Made by a program: the position numbers and the translations under genes. 45,167 nucleotides of DNA, taken from Coriobacteriia bacterium (GTDB lineage: Bacteria > Actinomycetota > Coriobacteriia > Anaerosomatales > SLCP01). Positions 8,857 to 17,099 of this stretch are shown one piece after another (position 1 is the first letter of the stretch; every line of letters starts with the position of its first letter). The stretch covers positions 1 through 45,167 of the forward strand of contig JAVEVF010000001.1 in assembly GCA_034005175.1 (NCBI GenBank), read 5' to 3'. The notes under the pieces were generated by a model. It was given only the letters and a program-made list of their open reading frames with translations. It searched no databases and was not told the origin of the DNA.

Positions 8857-10227
8857 CTATTCCGCAGACTCGCTCTCCTCGGACGCCTCGGCGGGCTCCT
8901 CGGCAGCGGGGGCTTCCTCGACAGGTGCTTCCTCGGTGGCGAGTTCCTCAGCCACTTCTGCGACCTCGGGAATCTCTGCCACCTCCGCCTCTGTCTCGGC
9001 GGGCTCCTCGGTGGCGGGGGCTTCCTCTGCTACCTCTGCTACCTCGACCACCTCTGCTACCTCGGCTACCTCGGCCTCTTCTGCAGCCTCGGGAACCTCG
9101 ATCTCCGCGACCTCAATCACAGTCCCGAGCGCCTCGGCTGCATCCTTCATCGACAGCGATATGCGGCGACGGTCGAGATCGACCTCCTTGACCTTGACCA
9201 TGACGTTCTCGCCGACGGCAGTGACTTGCTCGGGTGTCTCGACATGCTCCTTGGCCATCTCAGAGATGTGCACAAGACCCTCGACACCGTCACCAAGCTC
9301 TACGAACACGCCGAAGGGCACCAACTTCGTCACGCGGCCCTCGATGATCGATCCGACGGGGAACTTCTTGACCAGCTCCTGCCAAGGATCGGGTTGCGTC
9401 TGCTTGAGGCCAAGCGAGATGCGCTCGCGGCTCATATCCACATCGAGGACCTTCACCTCGACCTGCTCACCGACCTTGACGACCTCGGAGGGATGGTTGA
9501 CGTGGCTCCACGAGAGTTCCGAGATGTGCACGAGCCCGTCGATGCCGCCAAGGTCCACGAACGCACCGAAGTCCACGATGCTTGACACCGTACCTGGCAG
9601 GATCTGGCCTTTGGCGAGCTTCTCCAGGATGGCCGCCCGCTCGTGCTTGCGGCCTTCCTCGAGCACAACGCGACGCGAGAGCACGACGTTGTTGCGATTG
9701 CGGTCCATCTCTATGACGCGAGCCTCCAGCCGGTCGCCCATGAACGCAGCAAGATCCTTGACTCGGCGCAGGTCGACAAGGGACGCCGGCAAAAAGCCGC
9801 GCAAACCGATGTCCAGGATGAGACCGCCCTTGACGACCTCGATGACCTCGCCCTCTACGATCTCGGCGGCGTTGAACTTGTCCTCGATCTTCGACCACGC
9901 GCGTTCGTACTCGGCGCGCTTCTTGGAGAGGATGAGCCGGCCGTCCTTGTCCTCCTTCTGAAGGACGAGAGCCTCGACCGAGTCGCCGAGAGACACGACA
10001 TCAGCAGGATCGACGTCCTTGCGGATGGAGAGCTCACGGGCCGGGATGACACCTTCGGACTTGTAGCCGATGTCGAGAAGCACCTCGTCACGTTCAACCT
10101 TGACGATCGTGCCGCTGACGAGATCACCTTCATCGAAGTCGGTCATGGTGCCGTCGATGAGGGCGTGCATCTCCTCGTCGGTGTACTCCTCGTGCTGAAT
10201 GACCGTGCCGTTGTCCTGCTCACTCAC
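8857..10227 (-). CDS. rpsA: 30S ribosomal protein S1 with a repetitive acidic C-terminal tail
   Basis: Four S1 domains (GTIVKVERDEVLLDIGYKSEG..., GEVIEVVKGGLILDIG..., GTVSSIVDFGAFVDLGGIDGLVHISE, GRVTKLVPFGVFVELGDGVEGLVHISE). GTG start. The tail is rich in E/A/V repeats. Confidence 0.97.
   Translation of the reverse strand: MSEQDNGTVIQHEEYTDEEMHALIDGTMTDFDEGDLVSGTIVKVERDEVLLDIGYKSEGVIPARELSIRKDVDPADVVSLGDSVEALVLQKEDKDGRLILSKKRAEYERAWSKIEDKFNAAEIVEGEVIEVVKGGLILDIGLRGFLPASLVDLRRVKDLAAFMGDRLEARVIEMDRNRNNVVLSRRVVLEEGRKHERAAILEKLAKGQILPGTVSSIVDFGAFVDLGGIDGLVHISELSWSHVNHPSEVVKVGEQVEVKVLDVDMSRERISLGLKQTQPDPWQELVKKFPVGSIIEGRVTKLVPFGVFVELGDGVEGLVHISEMAKEHVETPEQVTAVGENVMVKVKEVDLDRRRISLSMKDAAEALGTVIEVAEIEVPEAAEEAEVAEVAEVVEVAEVAEEAPATEEPAETEAEVAEIPEVAEVAEELATEEAPVEEAPAAEEPAEASEESESAE
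8866..9110. repeat. imperfect in-frame tandem/dispersed repeats encoding the (E-A/V-A-E)n tail of S1
   Basis: The unit ctcggcgggctcctcggNNgcgggggcttcctc occurs twice (about 8888 and about 8994). ctgctacct/cggctacct units are reiterated at 9030-9075. Confidence 0.6.
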
Positions 10228-10275
10228 TGTGGGGTGGCCCCTTTCCTGAAACGGGGCCCTCCGGTCATGTACAGT

Positions 10276-10330
10276 CGTCGCCTACAGGTCCGCCGATCGC
10301 CCAGATCGGCATGGTCCGTCGCCTACAGGT
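10276..10330. repeat. 14-nt exact direct repeat flanking a 7-bp hairpin in the rpsA 5' leader region
   Basis: CGTCGCCTACAGGT occurs at 10276-10289 and 10317-10330. The hairpin GCCGATC/GATCGGC (10292-10310) lies between the copies. Confidence 0.5.
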
Positions 10331-10443
10331 GTCATGCATACATGTCGGGGGCCAATATTGCCATGACCGCAGGATCCTTCTCCCCGCAGCCAAACCTATA
10401 TGTTACTCGACCGTGTCGGGTGGCGCCAGTACATTTGGCATGC

Positions 10444-13107
10444 TCACTTAGCGCTCGCCCAGTCCGGCCCGCTCGCGACATCCACCACCAGAGGAACGGA
10501 GAGACCCACGACGCCCGACATCGCCTCGCGCACAAGCGCCGAGAGCGCGTTGATCTCTTCGGGTGGCGACTCGAACACGAGCTCATCGTGGACCTGCAGA
10601 ACAAGCCGGGAGGCAAACCCCTCTTCTCTGAGCCGGCGGTCGACTTCGATCATGGCGAGCTTCATGATATCGGCAGCGGTACCCTGCATCGGATGGTTCA
10701 TGGCGGTGCGCTCGCCGAACGAGCGCAGGTTGAAGTTGCTGCTCCTGAGTTCTGGGATTCGGCGCTTGCGGCCGAACATGGTGGTGGATACGCCCGTGCG
10801 GTGCGCTTCGGAGACACACTCGTCAAGAAACGTCCGCACTCCCGGATAAGCCGCGTAGTAACGGTCGATCATCCCTTGTGCCTCTGCCCGCTCGATCTTA
10901 AGCGTCTCCGCAAGCCCGTGAGCGCTCTGCCCGTACACGATGCCGAAGTTCACCGCTTTTGCGCGGCTGCGCTGAGCTGTCTCCACCTGATCGATGGCAA
11001 CGCCGAACACTCGTGCGGCAGTGGCTGCATGGAAATCCTCCCCGCTGGTGAATGCTTCGATAAGCCCCTCGTCGCCGGAAAGATGAGCGAGGACGCGAAG
11101 CTCGATCTGCGAGTAGTCGGCGCTCACCATCTGGTGTCCGTCCTCGGCGGGGATGAACGCCGCACGGATGCGGCGTCCGAACTCGGTGCGCACCGGGATA
11201 TTCTGCAGGTTGGGATTGCTGCTGGACAGACGACCCGTCGCGGCCACTGTCTGGTTGAAGGTGGTGTGCAGTCGCCCGTCCTCGGCGATGAGGCGTGGCA
11301 GCGCCTCCAGGTATGTCGAGGTGAGCTTGGCGAGCTCTCGGTAGTCGATGATGAGCTGCGCTATCGGGAAGTCCGCTGCCAGCGTAGTAAGCACCGAGGC
11401 ATCGGTCGAATAACCCGTCTTCGTGCGCTTCGAGGGTGGCAGGCCGAGCTTGTCGAAGAGCACTTCGCCGAGCTGTTTGGGCGAGTCGATATTGAACTCG
11501 GCGCCAGCCTCCTCGAAGATCCGCGCACGCAGCTCGGCGATGCGAGCGCGGGTCTCCTCGGCAAGCGACGTCAGGACTCCGACATCCACCCCGACGCCAA
11601 CGCGCTCCATGCGGGCAAGCACAGGCACAAGCGGCATCTCTATACGAGTGAAACACTCGGCCGAGCCATCCTCGGCAAGCCTTGTTTGAAGAACAGGCGC
11701 GAGCGCCGCAGCAGCGTGGGCCTCGATGGCAGCCCTCCCCTCCTGCGGGCTCGCCTCCCGCAAAGGTGCACCAAGATAGTCCGCAGATAGTGCGTCAAGC
11801 GCATACGAGGAACGGTTCGACTCGAGCAGGTACCCGGCGATCCCGCAATCGAACAGCCTCGTGGGATCCGCTGCATCAAACGAAAGATCGCATCGTCCGT
11901 CTGAAACGGGCACACACATCTCGTGAAGAAGCGGCTTGAGGTCACCGGTCGCGACACGACCTGTGCCCAGCAGCGCCGCGAACCCCTCAGCTGACTCCTC
12001 GCCGCCGAGAAGCGCCACCTCCTCACCGTGCGCGACCGCGAGGTCCCGGCGCACGGCAAACAGCGACTCGGCCGTTCCGTCATCGAGCGCCACTCCAAGC
12101 CACTCACTGGAAGCAGCCCACGATCTGATGTGCTCGGCGGCATCCCGCCCCTCAAGAATCACGCTGGTGCGAACCTCGCCATCTGAACCCTTGTGCTCAT
12201 CGCCGCCGACAGCGGCCTGTGGCATGCGCGCAGCGTCATCCGTCGCAAGGACGCGCTCAAGAAGGGAAGTGAATCGCAACTCGCCGAAGGCCTCAGCCAC
12301 GCGCGATGAGTCGAAACGCCCCCAGTGCACAGAGGCGAGGTCGATGTCGAGCGGGACGTCCCTGCGGATGGTGGCAACTGTGCGGCTGACTCTCGCGTCT
12401 GCAGCGTGCGCGACGAGGTTCTCGCCGAGTCTCCCTTTGATAGTGGGTGCAGCCTCCAGCACAGCATCAAGGCTCCCGTACTGCGCCATGAGCTTAGCCG
12501 CGGTTTTCTCGCCCACGCCCGGGACACCCGGGATGTTGTCGGAAGGATCGCCCTTCAACCCGAGATAGTCGGTGATCTGCGCAGGCGTCACCCCATAGCG
12601 CTCTAGAACTGCGGGCGGATCGTACACCACGATGTCAGTGACGCCCTTACGAGTGCTCACCACATTCACGGTGTCGCTCACGAGCTGCAGCGCATCACGA
12701 TCGCCGGTCACGAGCAGGGCTCGCGTCGCTGACTCCTCTGCCAGCCGCGCGATAGTGCCGAGCACGTCATCGCCCTCCCAGCCCTCCACCTCCAGGATGG
12801 GGACATCAAGCGCCTCGAGCACTCGTTTGACCATAGGGAACTGGACCTTCAACTCATCAGCGGTCGGAGGGCGATGGATCTTGTAGCGCTCAAGAGCCTG
12901 GGTTCGAAAGGCCGGCGTGCCCTTGTCAAACGCCACGACCACGCCATCTGGACGCATCTCCTGCACGAGCTTCACCAGCATGGAGATGAAGCCGAACACC
13001 GCGTTCGTAGGCCTGCCGTCGGGTGCGGTCATCGTGGGGGGGAGCGCATGGAATGCGCGATGGAGCAGACTGTTGCCGTCGATCACGGCGATGGTGCGAG
13101 ACGTCAT
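10444..13107 (-). CDS. polA: DNA polymerase I
   Basis: 5'-nuclease N-terminus (VIDGNSLLHRAFHALP), a 3'-5' exonuclease-like middle region and pol motifs (DYSQIELRVLAH, RSRAKAVNFGIVYG, QVHDELVFE). Confidence 0.97.
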   Translation of the reverse strand: MTSRTIAVIDGNSLLHRAFHALPPTMTAPDGRPTNAVFGFISMLVKLVQEMRPDGVVVAFDKGTPAFRTQALERYKIHRPPTADELKVQFPMVKRVLEALDVPILEVEGWEGDDVLGTIARLAEESATRALLVTGDRDALQLVSDTVNVVSTRKGVTDIVVYDPPAVLERYGVTPAQITDYLGLKGDPSDNIPGVPGVGEKTAAKLMAQYGSLDAVLEAAPTIKGRLGENLVAHAADARVSRTVATIRRDVPLDIDLASVHWGRFDSSRVAEAFGELRFTSLLERVLATDDAARMPQAAVGGDEHKGSDGEVRTSVILEGRDAAEHIRSWAASSEWLGVALDDGTAESLFAVRRDLAVAHGEEVALLGGEESAEGFAALLGTGRVATGDLKPLLHEMCVPVSDGRCDLSFDAADPTRLFDCGIAGYLLESNRSSYALDALSADYLGAPLREASPQEGRAAIEAHAAAALAPVLQTRLAEDGSAECFTRIEMPLVPVLARMERVGVGVDVGVLTSLAEETRARIAELRARIFEEAGAEFNIDSPKQLGEVLFDKLGLPPSKRTKTGYSTDASVLTTLAADFPIAQLIIDYRELAKLTSTYLEALPRLIAEDGRLHTTFNQTVAATGRLSSSNPNLQNIPVRTEFGRRIRAAFIPAEDGHQMVSADYSQIELRVLAHLSGDEGLIEAFTSGEDFHAATAARVFGVAIDQVETAQRSRAKAVNFGIVYGQSAHGLAETLKIERAEAQGMIDRYYAAYPGVRTFLDECVSEAHRTGVSTTMFGRKRRIPELRSSNFNLRSFGERTAMNHPMQGTAADIMKLAMIEVDRRLREEGFASRLVLQVHDELVFESPPEEINALSALVREAMSGVVGLSVPLVVDVASGPDWASAK

Positions 13108-13253
13108 TCGATAAGCCCTTCACGCTATACTGCGGAAGCTGAGAGACGAGTGTGGCTGTGTACCTGGTGATTGTACCCAAGGAGTGCGCGCAAACACGGT
13201 GGCACTAGCGTACGCAGCCCTCGACGAGACGATTCCAGGTGCGGAGGATGCGC

Positions 13254-13832
13254 ATGGGGATGTCTAACTGGGTCGCACCGGCGTTCAACCGTCTCGCTGA
13301 CAGGTGGTCACCGGGAAGTCTCGAGGAGATCGTGGAGTGGATGCGGCCGTTCGTCCCCGCGGGCGGACACCTCATCGACGTCGGCGGCGGGACCGGTGCT
13401 CTCGCGGTGAAGCTCGCACGCTCCCTTGAAGCCGACGTGACTGTGCTGGATCCCACCCCTGAGATGCTTCGCTACGTCCCTGAGGATCCGCGCGTTCATC
13501 CCGTGCTCGGCAACGCGGAAGCGATGGTGTTTGAAGACGGCTCGGCCGATGCCGTGCTCGTCTCCGACGCATTCCACCACTTCCGCGACCAACCCCGTGC
13601 GGCTAACGAGTTCTCACGCGTTGTGCGTCCCGGTGGCGGGGTGATCGTGCTTGAGCTCGACCCGCGCCCCTGGTACATGCGGATCATCGTCGTCGGAGAG
13701 AAGCTCCTCGGTGAACCAGGTGCGTTCTACACGCCTGAGCAGATGTGCGCGTTCTTCCGAGAGCACGGCATCGACGGAACCTGCGATGTCATACGCGGCG
13801 CATCGTACAAGTTCACTGGGACCGTACGCTGA
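13254..13832 (+). CDS. class I SAM-dependent methyltransferase
   Basis: LIDVGGGTGALAVKLA (motif I) and a Methyltransf_11-like layout. GGAGGA lies 5 nt before ATG 13254; the track start is GTG 13239. Confidence 0.8.
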   Translation: MGMSNWVAPAFNRLADRWSPGSLEEIVEWMRPFVPAGGHLIDVGGGTGALAVKLARSLEADVTVLDPTPEMLRYVPEDPRVHPVLGNAEAMVFEDGSADAVLVSDAFHHFRDQPRAANEFSRVVRPGGGVIVLELDPRPWYMRIIVVGEKLLGEPGAFYTPEQMCAFFREHGIDGTCDVIRGASYKFTGTVR

Positions 13833-13866
13833 GACGAGCGCCAGCGCAGCAATCGCGTGCCTCACT

Positions 13867-15204
13867 CTAGAGGACCGAGAGGTACTTGTCCCTCTCCCAT
13901 GTGGTCACATAGGCGTTGTACTCGTCCCACTCGGCTCTCTTGTTCTCGACGAAGAACCGGTGGATATGGTCGCCAAGTATGTCTCTCATAGCTTCGGACT
14001 CTTCGAAGAGGGTGATGGCTGCGCCGAGGTTTTCCGGCAGCACCCGCACGCCAGCTGCAGAAAGCTCTTCCTCGGTCATGCTGAAGATGTTGTTCGTAGC
14101 CTCGGCTGGAAGCTCGAGGCCCTCTTCGATGCCCTTTAGACCCGCACCAAGCATTACGGCAAACGCGAGATAGGGGTTAGCGGCGGGATCCGGCGACCTC
14201 AACTCCACACGAGTCGCGTCTTCTTTCCCCGGCTTGTACATGGGCACACGCACCATGGCCGAGCGGTTCTGGCGCGCCCACGTCACATACACGGGAGCTT
14301 CATAGCCTGGCACGAGGCGCTTGTAGGAGTTCACGAACTGGTTCGTGACCGCGCAGAACTCCGGTGCGTACTTCAGAAGGCCGGCAATGTAAGCCTTCCC
14401 CACCTCGGAAAGGTCGTAGCCCTGCGGGTCATCGGGATCGAAGAACGCATTTCCGTCCTTGTCGAACAGGCTCTGGTGCGTGTGCATGCCTGATCCGTTC
14501 ACGCCCTGGATGGGCTTGGGCATGAAGGTGGCGTACACGCCGTTTGCGTGTGCGATCTCCTTGACCGTGAGGCGATACGTCATGACGCTGTCCGCCATCG
14601 TGAGAGCGTCGCTGTACCTCAGGTCGATCTCGTGCTGTGACGGTGCGACTTCGTGGTGGGAGTACTCCACAGGGATGCCGAGCTTCTCGAGCGCGAGCAC
14701 GGTATCGCGGCGCAGGTCCGAGGCGACATCAAGCGGCGTGAGATCGAAGTAGCCGCCCCTGTCGAGCACCTCGGTTCCGTTCGAGTCCGCGAAATAGAAG
14801 AACTCGAGCTCCGGTCCCACGAACATCGTGAAGCCCATGTCCGCAGCCTTGTTCAGTGTGCGCTTGAGCGCATACCGAGGATCGCCATTGAACGGCCTGC
14901 CATCCGGCGTGGTGATGTCGCAGAACATCCGTGCCACACCGCCTTCCTCGGGGCGCCAGGGCAGCAGCTGGAAGGTGGACGGGTCAGGGAAGGCGATCAT
15001 GTCGGATTCCTGGATGCGCGTGAAGCCGTCGATCGAAGAACCGTCGAATCCCATGCCCTCCTCAAAAGCCGTCTCAACCTCGGTGTCGGTGACAGCAAAG
15101 CTCTTCAAGAACCCGAGCACGTCTGTGAACCAGAACCTCACGAAGCGAACGCCGCGCTCCTCAAGGATCTTCAGCACATCGTCTTTGCCTGGTGCTATCG
15201 CCAT
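13867..15204 (-). CDS. glnA: glutamine synthetase type I
   Basis: MAIAPGKDDVLKILEERGVRFVRFWFTDVLG..., NGSGMHTHQS, and the ATP-site region KPGKEDATRVELRSPD. The start is set at ATG 15204, preceded by GAGGAGG. The track's 15330 start adds 42 implausible residues. Confidence 0.95.
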   Translation of the reverse strand: MAIAPGKDDVLKILEERGVRFVRFWFTDVLGFLKSFAVTDTEVETAFEEGMGFDGSSIDGFTRIQESDMIAFPDPSTFQLLPWRPEEGGVARMFCDITTPDGRPFNGDPRYALKRTLNKAADMGFTMFVGPELEFFYFADSNGTEVLDRGGYFDLTPLDVASDLRRDTVLALEKLGIPVEYSHHEVAPSQHEIDLRYSDALTMADSVMTYRLTVKEIAHANGVYATFMPKPIQGVNGSGMHTHQSLFDKDGNAFFDPDDPQGYDLSEVGKAYIAGLLKYAPEFCAVTNQFVNSYKRLVPGYEAPVYVTWARQNRSAMVRVPMYKPGKEDATRVELRSPDPAANPYLAFAVMLGAGLKGIEEGLELPAEATNNIFSMTEEELSAAGVRVLPENLGAAITLFEESEAMRDILGDHIHRFFVENKRAEWDEYNAYVTTWERDKYLSVL

Positions 15205-15352
15205 GCTTATGTACCTCCTCGGCCAATCGACGACCATGTCGATTACCGGCGATTCTCCCACATCTTGGCCTATGTGGGTGCGAACAGGGTGGGATCGGCG
15301 TTGCAGGTATCGAGACGCGCCCTGCAACACGCTGCGGTGGCGGATGCTCTTG

Positions 15353-16711
15353 TCACCGCAAGAGCAGCTGTGACGCGAAGAAGAAGTAGATGGCTAGCCC
15401 TGCCGCATCGGCGATGGATGTGATGAGCGGGCTTGAGGCAACCGCCGGATCCTGACCTACTTTCGTGAAGATGAATGGCAGCGAGACGCCGATGAGGTTG
15501 GACACGATGACGATGCACGTCATGGAAAGCGCCACGACGACCCCTACCATCACATCGCCACGGAACAGGCCGAGGAAGAAGCTCCCCACAGCAAGCGTCA
15601 GACCCAACATCACCCCCACCGCGATCTCTTTGGCGAACGTCGAGGCCCACTGTCCCATTGTGACGTCATCGGTGACGAGTGCGCGCACCATCATCATGGC
15701 CGACTGAGAGCCCGTGTTCCCCCCCGTGGCGATGAGCAAGGGGATGAAAAACGCCAGCGCGATGGCGGCGGATAGCACCTCTTGATATGCGCTGATGATG
15801 CCGGAGGAGATCAGGTTCACGAGCAAGAGGATCGCAAGCCAGCCGATGCGCTTGGTGAACAGCTCGAACACGCTCAGACGAACGTAGCTCTGGCGCAGTG
15901 GCGTGACCGACGCCGTGCGGTGCACGTCTTCGGTGACCTCTTCTTCCAACACATCGAAGATGTCGTCTGCGGTCACGATGCCGATGAGCACGCCCGCCGA
16001 GTCGACAACCGGCAGCGCGACAGTGTCGTGGCGTTGTATCTCGCGGACCGCCTCCTCCTGGTCGTCGAAGGCCATCACCTTCGCGTGCACCGGCTCCATC
16101 ACCTCGCCCACGAGCTGGTCGGGTTCGGCGAAGATCAACCGCCTGAGTTCGCACACTCCTTCGAGGCGCCATGCTCGATCGGTCACGTACACCACGTCGA
16201 TTGTCTCAGAATCCCGTCCACGCTCTCGGACGTGCTCCAGCGCGTGCTCGATCGTCCACTCGGGCCTGATGGCCACGTAATCTGTGGTGGCGAGGCGGCC
16301 CACGCTCTCCTCGGGATACCCGAGCAGCTGCCGCACCTCGGCGAGGTCGTCGGCATCAAGCAGGTTCAGGAGCTTCTGCGTGATCTCGCCCGGAAGCTCT
16401 TCGAAGAGCTCCGTGCGGTTGTCGGGTGCCATCGATGCGAGAAGGCGCCGAGTCTCCCGGTCGGTGAGCCCGCCGAGGATGACGTCTTGCTCGGGCCGAT
16501 CCAGATACGGGAAGACCTCGTCAGAGAGGTCCCGCGGCAACAGTCTGAAGATGAGCAGCCGCTCGGGCATCTCCACGCCCTCGAGGAGATCCGCCACCTC
16601 AGGCACGGACATCTCGGCGAGGAATCGGCGCACCGCAAGCCATTCTTCTCCATCGATGAGGATGCGCACGTGTTCGCGAGCTTCCTCTTCTGTGGGTGTC
16701 TCAGCGGTCAC
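15353..16711 (-). CDS. mgtE: magnesium transporter MgtE
   Basis: MgtE N-domain, tandem CBS domains, and a TM domain with ATGGNTGSQSA. The start is set at GTG 16711, 6 nt after GAGGAGG. Confidence 0.93.
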   Translation of the reverse strand: MTAETPTEEEAREHVRILIDGEEWLAVRRFLAEMSVPEVADLLEGVEMPERLLIFRLLPRDLSDEVFPYLDRPEQDVILGGLTDRETRRLLASMAPDNRTELFEELPGEITQKLLNLLDADDLAEVRQLLGYPEESVGRLATTDYVAIRPEWTIEHALEHVRERGRDSETIDVVYVTDRAWRLEGVCELRRLIFAEPDQLVGEVMEPVHAKVMAFDDQEEAVREIQRHDTVALPVVDSAGVLIGIVTADDIFDVLEEEVTEDVHRTASVTPLRQSYVRLSVFELFTKRIGWLAILLLVNLISSGIISAYQEVLSAAIALAFFIPLLIATGGNTGSQSAMMMVRALVTDDVTMGQWASTFAKEIAVGVMLGLTLAVGSFFLGLFRGDVMVGVVVALSMTCIVIVSNLIGVSLPFIFTKVGQDPAVASSPLITSIADAAGLAIYFFFASQLLLR

Positions 16712-16846
16712 AGCACACCTCCTCGCAGCTCGACAGCCGGTTTCGACCCGACTGTGTACTTTACCCCTCCGGTCCGCCAGCGGCGAGTGCGTACGTCCGC
16801 TAGCGACCACGCGGTTCCTCGGATACAATCTGCTGGCAACGTATCA

Positions 16847-16933
16847 GCCCGGGTGGCGGAACAGGCAGACGCGCCGGTCTCAAAAACCGGTTCCTTCACG
16901 GGAGTGCGGGTTCGATCCCCGCCCCGGGCACCA
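16847..16933 (+). tRNA. tRNA-Leu (anticodon CAA), CCA encoded
   Basis: Hand-folded. The acceptor GCCCGGG/CCCGGGC is perfect. The anticodon stem is CCGGT/ACCGG with loop CUCAAAA. There is a long variable arm (UUCCUUCACGGGAGU), T-arm GCGGG-UUCGAUC-CCCGC, discriminator A and CCA. Confidence 0.92.
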
Positions 16934-17023
16934 GCATCCTCGACTGCAGCCGGCACGGCTTCGCAAGCCAGGCAGACATCGGTGCCCTCAGCGCACACCA
17001 ACAACGTCCTTCACCCTTTGCGC

Positions 17024-17054
17024 CGAACACCCGTTCGACACGAACACCTGTTCG
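17024..17054. promoter_or_regulatory. two tandem LexA (SOS/Cheo) boxes overlapping the putative helicase promoter
   Basis: CGAACacccGTTCG (17024-17037) and CGAACacctGTTCG (17041-17054) both fit CGAAC-N4-GTTCG perfectly. They overlap a candidate promoter: TTCGAC (17034-17039), an 18 nt spacer, TAGACT (17058-17063). Confidence 0.65.
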
Positions 17055-17099
17055 CGCTAGACTGGACTCGTCCCGCTCCCACGTTGCCGAGGAGTCGCG

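Noticed and set aside
8666-9961. 431-aa Ser/Thr/Ala-rich plus-strand ORF
   Set aside because: It is the antisense shadow of rpsA. Its low-complexity S/T/A repeats mirror the E/A/V repeat tail of S1.
9643-11790. 715-aa plus-strand ORF, the longest ORF on that strand
   Set aside because: It runs antisense to rpsA and polA and straight across their intergenic region. Its composition is the Arg/Leu/Asp-rich pattern typical of shadow frames in high-GC DNA. The minus-strand genes have unmistakable family motifs.
15205-15330. N-terminal extensions given by the ORF track (glnA 15205-15330; also trpB2 31140-31310, arsR 3645-3749, aldolase-like 20608-20796, celD-like 40983-41261 and 43639-43755)
   Set aside because: The extensions lack family similarity. 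They overlap neighbouring genes or regulatory RNA, and internal starts with strong GGAGG sites coincide with the canonical protein N-termini.
16712-16846. Possible M-box (Mg) riboswitch upstream of mgtE
   Set aside because: Only about 135 nt are available, including the promoter. I could not find the conserved M-box core sequences. The space is too short for the roughly 160-nt element.
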